Source of the DNA: Clostridia bacterium
GTDB taxonomy: Bacteria; Bacillota; Clostridia; Christensenellales; UBA1242
Reading direction: 5' to 3'
NCBI GenBank assembly: GCA_016297915.1
Contig: JAEDFU010000006.1
Coordinates: forward strand, 3,618-67,617
Length of the DNA: 64,000 bases
This document shows positions 9,079 through 19,415 of this stretch, piece after piece; positions within the stretch are counted from its first letter, which is position 1; each line of letters starts with the position of its first letter. The position numbers and the translations under genes are program-made. The notes below the pieces were generated by a model that was not told where the DNA came from, ran no database searches, and saw nothing but the letters and a program-made list of their open reading frames with translations.

Positions 9079-10490
9079 TAGAACTAAAATTAGCAGACGA
9101 AAAATTACACGACGAATTGGTGCTTGTTCTCAAACTGTTCTTTTCGCAACAGGAATTAGACGAACTTGCTTGCGAATTTACTGTTGAGCAAACTGTATCA
9201 GGTCTTGATATTTATACCAAAGTTACATCTAATATAACAGACAAAGTGTACGAGTCTACACAAAAAATTATTGACCAAAAGTTTCCAGAAAGATACAAAA
9301 AAAGATATGCCAAACTAGAATTATTTTATATGTTAAGAGGCTTTAGGCCAGATGTTATTTTGCCATGGGGAAGTCTTACTGGAATTAGACCCACCAAGCT
9401 TACTTATGAACTTATAAAAGAGTGTAATGGGGATTATATGAAAGCCTATAACATGCTTGTAGATAAGTTTGGAGTGAGTGTTGAAAAAGCTCGCATTGTC
9501 AAAGATATTATCAAAAATCAACAGTTTGTTATCAAAAATGATAATCTTGTTGACCTATATGTAAATATTCCTTTTTGCCCAAGTAAGTGCTATTATTGTT
9601 CGTTTATATCACTTCCGATTGATAAGTGCAGAGACAAACTTGAGCCATATTTAGTGGCTCTCAAAAAAGAAATTATCGAAACAAAAAAATTAATTGAGCA
9701 GAAAAATTATCTTGTTAAGTCTATATATATCGGCGGTGGTACGCCAACTATACTTGATGCTAGTCAATTAGATGATTTGCTTGAGACAATTGGATATAAT
9801 GTAAGTGAGTTTACAGTTGAATGTGGCAGACCAGATACAATAACCAAAGAAAAACTTGATGTGCTTAGCAAACACGGCGTCACTAGAATTAGTATAAACC
9901 CTCAGACATTTTGCAACAAAACACTCAAAGAAATTGGCAGAACTCACACAAGTCAGGACATACTTGATGCATACAAGCTAGCCCTTAATTATGATTTTTC
10001 GATTAATATGGATTTGATTGCTGGACTTTCTAACGAAAGTCTTACAACATTCAAAAAATCTGTAAACAAGGCAATCGACTGTGCTCCAGACAATATTACT
10101 GTACACACGCTTAGTGTTAAGCGAGGGAGTACTCTCAAGGAATCTGGCGACGAGACCTTGTCTGGAAATATCGTAGGACAAATGGTTGATTATAGTTACA
10201 AAAAGCTAACAGATAATGGCTATAAGCCATACTATCTATATAAGCAAAAAAACATGATAGGCAATCTTGAAAATATAGGGTACTTTAGGGACAAACCATC
10301 GATATTTAATATTGACAGCATGGAGGAATTTGCGTCTATCATTGCTTGTGGGGCAAATGCAATTTCTAAGAGATATTATTCTCTTGATAACAAAATCGAG
10401 AGATTTGCAAATCTCAAAAACATTGACGAATATATAAATAGAATTGATGAGATGATTGCAAAAAAGGCCGAGTTATTTTGTAATAATTAG
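9075..10490 (+). CDS. hemZ: HemN/HemZ-family radical SAM protein (coproporphyrinogen dehydrogenase-like)
   Basis: ATGA overlap with rel. CxxxCxxC cluster (CPSKCYYCSF), GGGTP motif, and an N-terminal extension typical of the HemZ-like subgroup. Confidence 0.65.
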   Translation: MIELKLADEKLHDELVLVLKLFFSQQELDELACEFTVEQTVSGLDIYTKVTSNITDKVYESTQKIIDQKFPERYKKRYAKLELFYMLRGFRPDVILPWGSLTGIRPTKLTYELIKECNGDYMKAYNMLVDKFGVSVEKARIVKDIIKNQQFVIKNDNLVDLYVNIPFCPSKCYYCSFISLPIDKCRDKLEPYLVALKKEIIETKKLIEQKNYLVKSIYIGGGTPTILDASQLDDLLETIGYNVSEFTVECGRPDTITKEKLDVLSKHGVTRISINPQTFCNKTLKEIGRTHTSQDILDAYKLALNYDFSINMDLIAGLSNESLTTFKKSVNKAIDCAPDNITVHTLSVKRGSTLKESGDETLSGNIVGQMVDYSYKKLTDNGYKPYYLYKQKNMIGNLENIGYFRDKPSIFNIDSMEEFASIIACGANAISKRYYSLDNKIERFANLKNIDEYINRIDEMIAKKAELFCNN

Positions 10491-10495
10491 CAATA

Positions 10496-10524
10496 TTGAC
10501 AAATCTGCCATAATGTGATAAAAT
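10496..10524 (+). promoter_or_regulatory. sigma-A type promoter (TTGACA - 17 nt - TAAAAT) for the 147-aa hypothetical gene
   Basis: Perfect -35 at 10496-10501, a 17-nt spacer, and -10 TAAAAT at 10519-10524. An alternative TATAAT lies at 10528-10533. Confidence 0.5.
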
Positions 10525-10554
10525 TAGTATAATCAAAAATATGGTGAGGATTTT

Positions 10555-10998
10555 ATGAAATATTTAACACAATTAAAGCCTAAGGAATTAAAGAAAGTTT
10601 TTGAACTAGCAGGGCTTAAGATACTTGACGATGATTTTAGAGATAACTTTGAATGGGTTAAGCAAAATAACAAGGACTATATGTATGTCAAGTGCCAAGA
10701 TACGCAGTTTGATATCGAGGAGTACAAAAAGCGTAATCCTTTGATATGTGAATATGCAAGCCTTTTTCCAGATAGTGTATCTTATAGCAATATGCTTAGT
10801 GATACAAATATATATACAATCGATGACTATATGCTATTTAGAGTTAGGTTTGACATGGATACCGAAATTTATCCTAGAGACAAAGAGATTAATCAAGTGT
10901 ATATGGACTTTATGCAAAAGAGATTTGCAGGCACGGATTACAATACTGATAGAAAAGAATATATAAATCAAATCACAAACGAAGAAAAGGAATTATAG
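10555..10998 (+). CDS. hypothetical cytoplasmic protein, no recognisable family
   Basis: GGTGAGGA RBS 5 nt upstream of the ATG. 147-aa ORF with ordinary composition, its own promoter, and no TM segment. Confidence 0.6.
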   Translation: MKYLTQLKPKELKKVFELAGLKILDDDFRDNFEWVKQNNKDYMYVKCQDTQFDIEEYKKRNPLICEYASLFPDSVSYSNMLSDTNIYTIDDYMLFRVRFDMDTEIYPRDKEINQVYMDFMQKRFAGTDYNTDRKEYINQITNEEKEL

Positions 10999-11032
10999 TA
11001 AGTATTTTTTGGACTAATTTTTGCAAAAATTG

Positions 11033-11061
11033 TTTACAAGTAAAATTTAATTTGTTATAAT
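11033..11061 (+). promoter_or_regulatory. rpsO promoter (TTTACA - 17 nt - extended -10 TGtTATAAT)
   Basis: -35 at 11033-11038. TG at 11053-11054 and TATAAT at 11056-11061. Leaves a ~90-nt leader before rpsO. Confidence 0.6.
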
Positions 11062-11151
11062 ACCTTGTAACCTTTGGCTATGTCACTTCTAATCTCCTTA
11101 GATTTGGCTTGGTTTTGGGTATATTTAATAAAAATAAAGGAGAATAATATT

Positions 11152-11415
11152 ATGATTTCTAAAGAGAAAAAACAAGAAGTTATCAAGAATTTTGCTACAA
11201 AAGAGGGAGACACTGGTTCTTGCGAAGTTCAAATTGCTATCCTTTCTGCTAGAATTTTGGAACTTACAGAGCATCTAAAAGCAAACCCTAATGATAACCA
11301 TTCAAGAAGAGGTCTACTTAAGTTAGTTAACCACAGAAAGAACTTACTTAGATACATGGAAAGAACTAATCTTGAAGGCTATAGAGCATTAAAAGCAAAA
11401 TTAAACATTCGTTAA
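11152..11415 (+). CDS. rpsO: 30S ribosomal protein S15
   Basis: AAGGAG RBS. 87 aa, with [14 protein letters not shown]...[36 protein letters not shown]. The track start at 11074 is an upstream artefact. Confidence 0.95.
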   Translation: MISKEKKQEVIKNFATKEGDTGSCEVQIAILSARILELTEHLKANPNDNHSRRGLLKLVNHRKNLLRYMERTNLEGYRALKAKLNIR

Positions 11416-11430
11416 TTTTATTGCTAAATT

Positions 11431-11464
11431 AAAGCGAAAGATTTTTTATCCTTTCGCTTTTTTA
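11431..11464 (+). terminator. rpsO terminator/attenuator hairpin preceding pnp
   Basis: AAAGCGAAAG-(10 nt)-CTTTCGCTTT perfect 10-bp stem followed by a T-run, 17 nt before the pnp ATG. Confidence 0.75.
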
Positions 11465-11480
11465 AAATAAAGGAGAAAAA

Positions 11481-13571
11481 ATGAAAGATTTTAAAGAATT
11501 TAAAACTGAAATTGGTGGCAAGGAAGTTACCGTTGAAATCGGTAAGTACGCTATGCAAACTAATGGTCATTGTATTGTAAAATGCGGTGATACTATGGTT
11601 ATGGTTAATACTTGTATGAACAAAGAACCAAGACCTGGACAAGACTTTTTCCCACTTAGTGTTGACTATGAGGAAAAATTATATGCTGTAGGCAAAATCC
11701 CTGGTGGATTCAAAAAAAGAGAGGGCAGACCTACTGATCAAGCAATTTTGACATCTCGTCTTATTGATAGACCACTTAGACCACTTTTCCCTAAGGGATT
11801 TTTCAACGATGTTACAGTTGTTGCTACTCCTCTAAGTGTTGACTATGATGTTGCACCAGAGCCACTTGCTATGTTTGCTAGCTCTATTGCGCTATCTATT
11901 AGTGACATTCCATTTGCAGGACCTACTGGAAGTTGTCAAGTAGCTTATGTTGACGGCAAGTATATTGCAAATCCAAACAAAGATGAGCAAGAAAAATCTC
12001 TAATGGACTTGAAAGTTGCTGGAACTAAGGATGCTATCCTTATGGTTGAAGCAGGGGCTAACGAAGTTACTGAGGAAGAGATGCTACAAGGCATTTTGTT
12101 TGCACACGAGGAAATCAAAAAGCAAGTTGAATTTCAAGAGAAGATTGTCAAAGAACTTGGTATAAAAAAGGCAGAAAATCTACCTTATTATATTATTGAT
12201 GAGGCTCTAGAAAAAGATGTTAGAGAATTTGGATATCCTCTAATGGAAAAAGTTATGGAGCACTTTGATAGACACGAAAGAGATGCTGCTGAGGAAGAAG
12301 CAAACGCACAAATCCTTGAACATTTTGCAGAGACCTATCCTGACTGCCAAAGACAAATTTTGGATGTTTTGTACAAAGTTAAAAAAGAGATTATGCGTGC
12401 AAAGATTATTGAGCACGGAGTAAGACCTGACGGCAGAAAATTAAATGAAATTAGACCAATCTGGTGCGAAGTTGGAATTTTGCCAAGAGTTCATGGTAGT
12501 GCAGTATTTACAAGAGGTGAGACTCAAGTAATGACAACTTGTACTCTAGGAAGTCTTAGAGATACACAAATTCTTGACGGACTTGATGATGAGGAAGAAA
12601 AGAGATATATGCATCACTACAACTTCCCAGCATACTCAACTGGTGAGGCTAAACCTCTAAAATCTGCTGGTCGTAGAGAAATTGGTCACGGTGCACTTGC
12701 TGAGAGAGCACTTATTCCAGTTCTTCCTTCCGAAGAGGAATTCCCATATGCAATAAGAACTGTAAGTGAAGTTTTGTCTAGTAATGGTAGTACTTCGCAA
12801 GCATCAGTTTGCGGAAGCACACTTGCACTTATGGATGCTGGTGTTCCAATCAAAGCTCCTGTTGCTGGATGTGCAATGGGTCTTATCAAAGACGAAAAGA
12901 GCGGAAAGGTTGCTATCCTTACTGATATCCAAGGACTTGAGGATTTCTTGGGCGATATGGACTTTAAGGTTGCAGGTACAACCAAAGGTATTACAGCTAT
13001 TCAAATGGATATCAAAATCAAAGGTATTGACGAAAATATCCTAAGAGAAGCTTTGTCAAGAGCAAGAGAGGGTAGACTATTTATTCTTAACAAAATGAAC
13101 GAAGTATTGTCTGCTCCAAGAAAGGAACTTAGTCCTTATGCTCCAAAAATTATTTCATTTAGCATTAATCCTGACAAAATCAAAGATGTTATTGGTTCGG
13201 GCGGAAAGATGATTAACAAAATTATTGACGAGACTGGTGTTAAGATTGATATTGAGGATGACGGTCGTGTTATGATTCTTGGTGTTGATCCCGAAAAATC
13301 TAACAAGGCAAAAGAGATTATTATGTCTATTGCCGAAGATGTTGAAGTTGGCAAAATTTACACTGGCAAAGTTGTAAGAATCTTGCAATTTGGTGCTTTT
13401 GTAGAGATTGGATTTAATAAGGAAGGCATGATTCATATTTCTAAACTTTCGAACAAGAGAGTTGAAAAAGTTGAAGATGTTGTAAATATTGGTGACATGG
13501 TTGAAGTTGAATGCATCAAGATTAACGACGGCAAGATTGATCTAAAACTTGTTGGAAAATATACAAACTAA
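11481..13571 (+). CDS. pnp: polyribonucleotide nucleotidyltransferase (PNPase)
   Basis: AAGGAG RBS. Two RNase PH-like domains, a KH domain (GSGGKMINKIIDETG) and an S1 domain (GKVVRILQFGAFVEI). Canonical rpsO-pnp arrangement. Confidence 0.96.
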   Translation: MKDFKEFKTEIGGKEVTVEIGKYAMQTNGHCIVKCGDTMVMVNTCMNKEPRPGQDFFPLSVDYEEKLYAVGKIPGGFKKREGRPTDQAILTSRLIDRPLRPLFPKGFFNDVTVVATPLSVDYDVAPEPLAMFASSIALSISDIPFAGPTGSCQVAYVDGKYIANPNKDEQEKSLMDLKVAGTKDAILMVEAGANEVTEEEMLQGILFAHEEIKKQVEFQEKIVKELGIKKAENLPYYIIDEALEKDVREFGYPLMEKVMEHFDRHERDAAEEEANAQILEHFAETYPDCQRQILDVLYKVKKEIMRAKIIEHGVRPDGRKLNEIRPIWCEVGILPRVHGSAVFTRGETQVMTTCTLGSLRDTQILDGLDDEEEKRYMHHYNFPAYSTGEAKPLKSAGRREIGHGALAERALIPVLPSEEEFPYAIRTVSEVLSSNGSTSQASVCGSTLALMDAGVPIKAPVAGCAMGLIKDEKSGKVAILTDIQGLEDFLGDMDFKVAGTTKGITAIQMDIKIKGIDENILREALSRAREGRLFILNKMNEVLSAPRKELSPYAPKIISFSINPDKIKDVIGSGGKMINKIIDETGVKIDIEDDGRVMILGVDPEKSNKAKEIIMSIAEDVEVGKIYTGKVVRILQFGAFVEIGFNKEGMIHISKLSNKRVEKVEDVVNIGDMVEVECIKINDGKIDLKLVGKYTN

Positions 13572-13584
13572 TAAATAAGCTCAA

Positions 13585-13620
13585 AAAAAACATGATTAAT
13601 TCAAATCATGTTTTTTCTTT
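13585..13620 (+). terminator. rho-independent terminator after pnp
   Basis: AAAAAACATGATT-(6 nt)-AATCATGTTTTTT stem with a T-run. Confidence 0.75.
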
Positions 13621-13677
13621 TCATATTATTTTTTTTGACATCATATAAATAAATATAGTTTTGTTTAGGAATATAAT

Positions 13678-14376
13678 ATGAAAATCAAGTTAGTTAGAAA
13701 TCTCAGTAGTGCATTAATTATAATCATGTTGGCGTGCATGGTCTGTTTTTTGGGTGCGAGTTCTTATAATTACGCATTTAGTTACCAAAACGAAGATGTA
13801 ATTTATCATGGAAATACAGAGTCGAACAAAGTCTCCCTTATGATAAATGTATATTGGGGAACTGAATACATCGAGGATATGCTCAATACTTTGCAAAAAT
13901 ACAATATAACAACGACATTTTTTGTGGGTGGGCAGTGGGTTGAAAAAGAGCCAGAGATGCTTAATAAGATTATCTCATACGGCCACGAAATCGGAAATCA
14001 TGGATATTTTCACAAGGACCAAGAGTATCTGGACTATACACAAAATTATCAAGAAATCAAAGTAAATCATGAGCTTGTCAAAACTATGTCAAATTACACA
14101 ATGAATTTGTTTGCGCCACCAAGTGGAAGCTTTAATAAATCAACAATTCAGGCAAGCAAAGATTTGGGGTATTCAACTATTATGTGGTCAAAGGACACAA
14201 TTGATTGGCGTGACAAAGACGCAAATTTAATTTATTCTAGAGCTATTAAGGCCAAAGGTGGGGACTTAATTCTTGCACATCCAACTAAATGTACATTGCA
14301 GGCACTACCACTTATTCTTGAATACTTCAAACTAAATAATCTAGTTGTAACAACTGTTAGTGAGTGTTTGAAATAA
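13678..14376 (+). CDS. polysaccharide deacetylase (NodB homology domain; YlxY/PdaB-like)
   Basis: N-terminal TM/signal anchor. NodB motifs (GHEIGNHGYFH, LFAPPSG, LILAHP). A deacetylase follows pnp in many Firmicutes. Confidence 0.75.
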   Translation: MKIKLVRNLSSALIIIMLACMVCFLGASSYNYAFSYQNEDVIYHGNTESNKVSLMINVYWGTEYIEDMLNTLQKYNITTTFFVGGQWVEKEPEMLNKIISYGHEIGNHGYFHKDQEYLDYTQNYQEIKVNHELVKTMSNYTMNLFAPPSGSFNKSTIQASKDLGYSTIMWSKDTIDWRDKDANLIYSRAIKAKGGDLILAHPTKCTLQALPLILEYFKLNNLVVTTVSECLK

Positions 14377-14536
14377 TTATTAAAAAATTAGATTTAATTT
14401 ATTAAAAAAATGTCAAAAATTACCAAAAAGCATTTAAAATATTATAAATATTTTAATAAATAAAAAAGATATTGAAAAAAGATTTTAAATATTTTAATAA
14501 TTGTGCTAAAATGTATATGAAATAAAAACAATTTGA

Positions 14537-17398
14537 TTGGGTGATATTTTGGCAATTTATCCTACTAAATCTAGCAAACTCAATAAAAAATCACGAAAAT
14601 TTAAAGTTGGACTTACTTTGACTTGTGTTTTTTCGGTGATTTTTTTGTTATTGTCATTTAATTTTTTTAAGATACTTACTAAGTCTATTGTTGGAACTTT
14701 TGGATTGCTTATTTATCCATTGTGCATATTCTTTATCGTTCTTGGAATTTTGTTTATGCTAAACAAATCCATCAAGACATCCAAGTCGATTGCCACATGT
14801 CTTATTGTTTGGCTTGCGATATTTGTGCTTATTTTGCAAATGACAACTAGCAAGACAATCAGCAGTGGATTTGGAAATTATCTATCATCTATGTACAACT
14901 CTAACTACACCGCAGGTGGAGTGATTTTTGGGTTTATACTTTATCCAATTTACTTTTTGACTTACGATGTTGCAACATATATAATCTTGACAATTGCGCT
15001 TGTTATAGTAACTGCAATTTTGATTGACAAAATCTATTTGGAACGCAGTAACAAAAAACTCACTAATGCAATTAAAGATAAATCCGAGCAAATTACCACT
15101 GAATCTGAGGATATAGATGAAACAAATAATGTTGTTGACAATGATGAGGTTGAATTAAGTACACCAATCAAATCTAGCTCAGACGATGATATATTTATAT
15201 CTGACGAGGAGGATGAACAAAAACAAGAGGCTAGACACATCCTCGGACTTGTTCAAGATGAAAACATCCCAGTCGCTGAAATAACCGAAAAACCAGCAGA
15301 TATAGACTATACCAAAGAACTTGAGAAACAATTTAAAGAAACTCCTGCTACTCATGAGATCAAGGATAACAAACCAAATATCTATGTTCACGAAGATGCT
15401 TTTGAAGCGATAAACACCACGCCAACACCTGAAATCAAAAAGACTGAACCAGTTGTTGACAAAGACGCTGAACGCAAAAAGGCAGCACTTGATTATTTGA
15501 ATATTTCCAAAGGAAAATTTGAAACTAAAAATCAAAAAACTGGATTTGATAATGTAAGAAATGCAGAAAAAACTGCTAGTCAAGATATTAGTTTTGATAA
15601 GATTAATCAAGAAAACAAAACAAGATTAAGCGAAATTTCTACAAGACTTAATGCTTTGCAAAACAAGAATGACAATAACTCAAATGTAAGCGAAGACAAG
15701 GATATCTATGACGATCAATTTACAAAAGCTGATTTTGTTAAAAACAAAGAACAATTTGCATCTCAAAACAAAAATTTGAATAGTGCTATAAATAATCTTC
15801 CTGAAATGGCCAAAAAAGTCTATAGTGGTGAGGTCAAAGAAAATATTGTTGACTCACAAGGATTTAGACCAGTTCAAGTTACTTGGAGCGATAATACACC
15901 AAAACCAAATAACTCTATACAACAAAAAATGTACAAAAAACCTCCAACATATATTAAGCCTCCACTTGATTTGCTCAAAAAATATTCTACAAATATTGAG
16001 GCTGATATTGATTATGTTAATGAGAAAGGTCAGCTTATTGTTGACACCCTTAAGGCATTTAAAATTGATACTAAGATTATTAATGCAATCAAAGGCCCAA
16101 CATTTACAAGATATGAATTGCAAATGGCTCCTGGCATATCAGTTAACTCAGTTAATAACAAAATAAATGACTTGTCAATGGCTTTAGAGAGCACTTGTAG
16201 AGTGCAAGTTCCAATCCCTGGCAAAAATGCTTTTGGTATCGAAGTTCCAAACAAAAATAGAATGACTGTAGGTCTTAGAGAGATTTTGGAAAGTTCTAAT
16301 TTCCAAAATAGCAAATCCCCACTTACTTTTGCACTTGGGAAAAATATATCTGCTACTTGCAAGGTTGCATCAATTGATAAACTTGTGCACACGCTTGTGG
16401 CTGGTAGCACAGGTAGTGGTAAATCTGTGTGCTTAAATACCATGCTTGTAAGTTTACTTTACAAGGCATCTCCAGATGACTTGAGATTAATCCTAGTTGA
16501 TCCAAAAACTGTTGAATTTAGCATGTTTAACAATCTTCCACACTTGCTTATTCCTAATACTATTACGGAGTGTGACAAAGCTATTGCTGCTCTTGGTTGG
16601 CTTGTGGACGAAATGGAGAGGAGATATAGGAGACTTAATCAACTCGGAGTCAAAAAGATAAGCGAGTATAACGAGAGCCCTGAGGTTATATCTGGTGCTG
16701 TTCCAAAGATGTATTACATTGTCATGGTGTTTGATGAGGTTGGCGACTTTATGAACAGGGCAAAAAAGGAAATTGAAGAAAAGATTTTGTTGCTTGCTGC
16801 TAAGTCTAGAGCCTGCGGAATACATTTGGTTTTGGCAACACAAAGACCAACTGTTGATGTAATTACTGGGACTATCAAGGCGAATTTGCCTAGTAGAATT
16901 GCCTTTGCGGTTAACTCGTATAACGATAGCAAAACTATACTCGAAAGCTCTGGTGCTGAGTATTTGCTTGGCATGGGTGATATGTTATTCTTGCCACAAG
17001 GTTCAAATGACATGGATAGAATTCAAGGTTGTTTTATTGACAACAACGAACTTAAATCCATTATTAACTTTGTCAAAGAAAATAACGAGGCCATATATGA
17101 CGAGGAGATTGAGGATCAAATGTTCAACAAAAAAGAAGGCTTTGATCCAACAAATGGTGTTGAAGATCAGTTTGACCCATTGCTCAAAGATTGCCTAAAA
17201 TACTTTATAAAAGCCAAAAAAGCGAGTGCATCATCTTTGCAAGCGTACTTTGGAATAGGATATCCAAAGGCAAACAAGATTGTGCTTCAAATGGAAAAGG
17301 CCGGATTTGTTTCGGCTGGCGATAGCAACGGCAGAAGAACATTATTTATAACACCACAAGAATACGAAGAAAGATTTGGAGAAAATTTGGACGAATGA
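14537..17398 (+). CDS. ftsK: DNA translocase FtsK/SpoIIIE
   Basis: N-terminal multi-TM region, a ~330-aa acidic/Lys-rich linker, a motor domain with Walker A GSTGSGKSV and Walker B MVFDEV, and a C-terminal gamma wHTH. Start uncertain: TTG at 14537 or 14549, with no clear RBS. Confidence 0.88.
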   Translation: MGDILAIYPTKSSKLNKKSRKFKVGLTLTCVFSVIFLLLSFNFFKILTKSIVGTFGLLIYPLCIFFIVLGILFMLNKSIKTSKSIATCLIVWLAIFVLILQMTTSKTISSGFGNYLSSMYNSNYTAGGVIFGFILYPIYFLTYDVATYIILTIALVIVTAILIDKIYLERSNKKLTNAIKDKSEQITTESEDIDETNNVVDNDEVELSTPIKSSSDDDIFISDEEDEQKQEARHILGLVQDENIPVAEITEKPADIDYTKELEKQFKETPATHEIKDNKPNIYVHEDAFEAINTTPTPEIKKTEPVVDKDAERKKAALDYLNISKGKFETKNQKTGFDNVRNAEKTASQDISFDKINQENKTRLSEISTRLNALQNKNDNNSNVSEDKDIYDDQFTKADFVKNKEQFASQNKNLNSAINNLPEMAKKVYSGEVKENIVDSQGFRPVQVTWSDNTPKPNNSIQQKMYKKPPTYIKPPLDLLKKYSTNIEADIDYVNEKGQLIVDTLKAFKIDTKIINAIKGPTFTRYELQMAPGISVNSVNNKINDLSMALESTCRVQVPIPGKNAFGIEVPNKNRMTVGLREILESSNFQNSKSPLTFALGKNISATCKVASIDKLVHTLVAGSTGSGKSVCLNTMLVSLLYKASPDDLRLILVDPKTVEFSMFNNLPHLLIPNTITECDKAIAALGWLVDEMERRYRRLNQLGVKKISEYNESPEVISGAVPKMYYIVMVFDEVGDFMNRAKKEIEEKILLLAAKSRACGIHLVLATQRPTVDVITGTIKANLPSRIAFAVNSYNDSKTILESSGAEYLLGMGDMLFLPQGSNDMDRIQGCFIDNNELKSIINFVKENNEAIYDEEIEDQMFNKKEGFDPTNGVEDQFDPLLKDCLKYFIKAKKASASSLQAYFGIGYPKANKIVLQMEKAGFVSAGDSNGRRTLFITPQEYEERFGENLDE

Positions 17399-18699
17399 CA
17401 AAAGAAGATATATTAGCCAAAAAAGTTGGATTTATCTCCCTCGGCTGTGACAAAAATAGAGTCGACCTCGAAAGAATGATATTTAACATCAAAAGTGCTG
17501 GGTTTGAGATAGTAAATGATCCAAACCAGGCAAACATAATAATTGTTAATACTTGTTCTTTTCTTGAAAGCTCTAGGCTGGAATCTATTGAAAATATACT
17601 AGAAATGAGTGGATACAAGACCAAAAATCTGGAAAAATTGATAGTAACTGGCTGTCTTAATGAACTCAAATATAGTGATTTGGGCACAAGCATGCCTGAG
17701 GTTGACTTGTTTGTTAATGTCAAGGATAACGAAAAAATTGTCGATTTGATATTTGGACTATATAGTCAAAATTATCATCATGAGTACACTGAGGGACGAA
17801 TTCTAACTACACCTAAGCATTATGCATATATCAAGATTTCGGAGGGATGCAATAACTTTTGTAGTTATTGCTTAATCCCATACATAAGAGGCAGATTTAA
17901 GTCTCGAAAGATTGAGGATATTTTGAATGAGGCAAGGGTGCTTGCAAATTCTGGCACGACTGAACTTATCCTAGTTGCTCAGGATGTAACAAAATATGGT
18001 GAGGATTTGTATGGCAAAATTTCGCTTGTAGAACTTATCCAAAAACTAAGTGAAATTGAAAATATCAAGTGGATTAGACTACTTTATTGTTATCCCGAAC
18101 TAATAGACGACAACCTTATAAATGAAATCAAAAATAACGATAAGGTTGTCAAATACTTGGATATTCCATTGCAACATGTATCAGATAATATTTTGAGGGC
18201 AATGAACAGAAAATCGACTTATGAAAAAATTTGCAAACTCTTTGATAAACTAAAATCTGAGATTAGTGGAATTGCTCTTAGAACAACATTTATTCTTGGT
18301 TTTCCGGATGAGACCGATAATGACTTTGATATGATTATTGAGTTTTTGAAAAAGTACAGAATGGAAAATGTTGGGTTCTTCAAGTATAGTCGAGAAGAGG
18401 GAACAAGGGCATATAACTTTGAGAATCAAATATCCGAAGATGTCAAAGAAAGTAGACTTGAGATTGCGTCTCAAGTACAATTTGAAATTCAAGACCAAAT
18501 CCATGACAAGCTTATTGGACAAACTATTGATGTCGTGATTGATGATGCAACTAGTGAATACTCTGTGGGCAGATATTATGGTCAGTGTCCTCAAATTGAC
18601 GGCAATGTTATAATAAATAAACCTTTGATTGTCGGTGAACATTACATGGTAAAAATTTTGCAAAAATCTGATTATGATTTAATAGGAGAATTAGTATGA
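17395..18699 (+). CDS. rimO: ribosomal protein S12 methylthiotransferase RimO
   Basis: ATGA overlap with ftsK. KVGFISLGCDKN N-terminal UPF0004 motif, radical SAM CNNFCSYC, and a C-terminal TRAM domain. Confidence 0.88.
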   Translation: MTKEDILAKKVGFISLGCDKNRVDLERMIFNIKSAGFEIVNDPNQANIIIVNTCSFLESSRLESIENILEMSGYKTKNLEKLIVTGCLNELKYSDLGTSMPEVDLFVNVKDNEKIVDLIFGLYSQNYHHEYTEGRILTTPKHYAYIKISEGCNNFCSYCLIPYIRGRFKSRKIEDILNEARVLANSGTTELILVAQDVTKYGEDLYGKISLVELIQKLSEIENIKWIRLLYCYPELIDDNLINEIKNNDKVVKYLDIPLQHVSDNILRAMNRKSTYEKICKLFDKLKSEISGIALRTTFILGFPDETDNDFDMIIEFLKKYRMENVGFFKYSREEGTRAYNFENQISEDVKESRLEIASQVQFEIQDQIHDKLIGQTIDVVIDDATSEYSVGRYYGQCPQIDGNVIINKPLIVGEHYMVKILQKSDYDLIGELV

Positions 18700-19409
18700 A
18701 CTTACCTAATAAAATAACATTAATAAGAATAATTTTGATGCCAATATTTATAGCACTGTTTTTGGTATCTTTTCCTGGCTCAAAATTTGTAGCTCTAGGT
18801 ATATTTGTGTTAGCAGCGGTTTCTGACTGCTTGGACGGATATATTGCCAGAAAATACAATCTTGTTACCGATTTGGGCAAGTTTCTTGACCCAATAGCTG
18901 ACAAGTTACTTGCAACTACTGGACTAGTAATGTTGATAACCGGTGCTAATCCAATTATTCCTATGCCTTATGGAATTGTTGTTATGTTTATAATGATATT
19001 GCGTGATTATGAGGTTACAGGACTTAGACAAGTTGGTCAACTAAAAGGCAGAATTATAGCCGCTGATAAGGTTGCCAAGATTAAGGCTAATTTCTTGTAC
19101 TCCACACTTGTGTATGGACTACTTATCTCTGCACTTAGAGATATTGAGGTTGTAAACAATTCGGAGTTTATGAAATACTTTACTCTAGTGTTCTATGTAT
19201 TTGTTGGAATTACCACATGTCTTATTGCTCTATCTGGAATTGTTTATCTTGCAAATAATTTTTCTGTTTTCAAAGATGACAAGAAAGATGCAAAACCTCA
19301 AACTCCAGTTGAGACCACAGAGGCTACAATAGTTGAGTCTGACAAAAATGTTACAAAAACTAAAGCAACAAAAACAGCAAGCAAGACAAAAGAAAAAATT
19401 TTGAAATAG
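18696..19409 (+). CDS. pgsA: CDP-diacylglycerol--glycerol-3-phosphate 3-phosphatidyltransferase with a Lys/Thr-rich C-terminal tail
   Basis: ATGA overlap with rimO. CDP-alcohol phosphatidyltransferase motif (DCLDGYIARK...GKFLDPIADK). Confidence 0.88.
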   Translation: MNLPNKITLIRIILMPIFIALFLVSFPGSKFVALGIFVLAAVSDCLDGYIARKYNLVTDLGKFLDPIADKLLATTGLVMLITGANPIIPMPYGIVVMFIMILRDYEVTGLRQVGQLKGRIIAADKVAKIKANFLYSTLVYGLLISALRDIEVVNNSEFMKYFTLVFYVFVGITTCLIALSGIVYLANNFSVFKDDKKDAKPQTPVETTEATIVESDKNVTKTKATKTASKTKEKILK

Positions 19410-19415
19410 TATTTT

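Noticed and set aside
14446-14512. 14-bp direct repeat AAATATTTTAATAA (14446-14459 and 14487-14500) upstream of ftsK, and a 13-mer TGTGCTAAAATGT shared between the ftsK upstream region (14502-14514) and the 33086 gene upstream region (33054-33066).
   Set aside because: The repeat is pure A/T low-complexity sequence in an AT-rich spacer and is plausibly chance. The shared 13-mer is essentially an extended -10 promoter element (TGcTAAAAT) and needs no further explanation.
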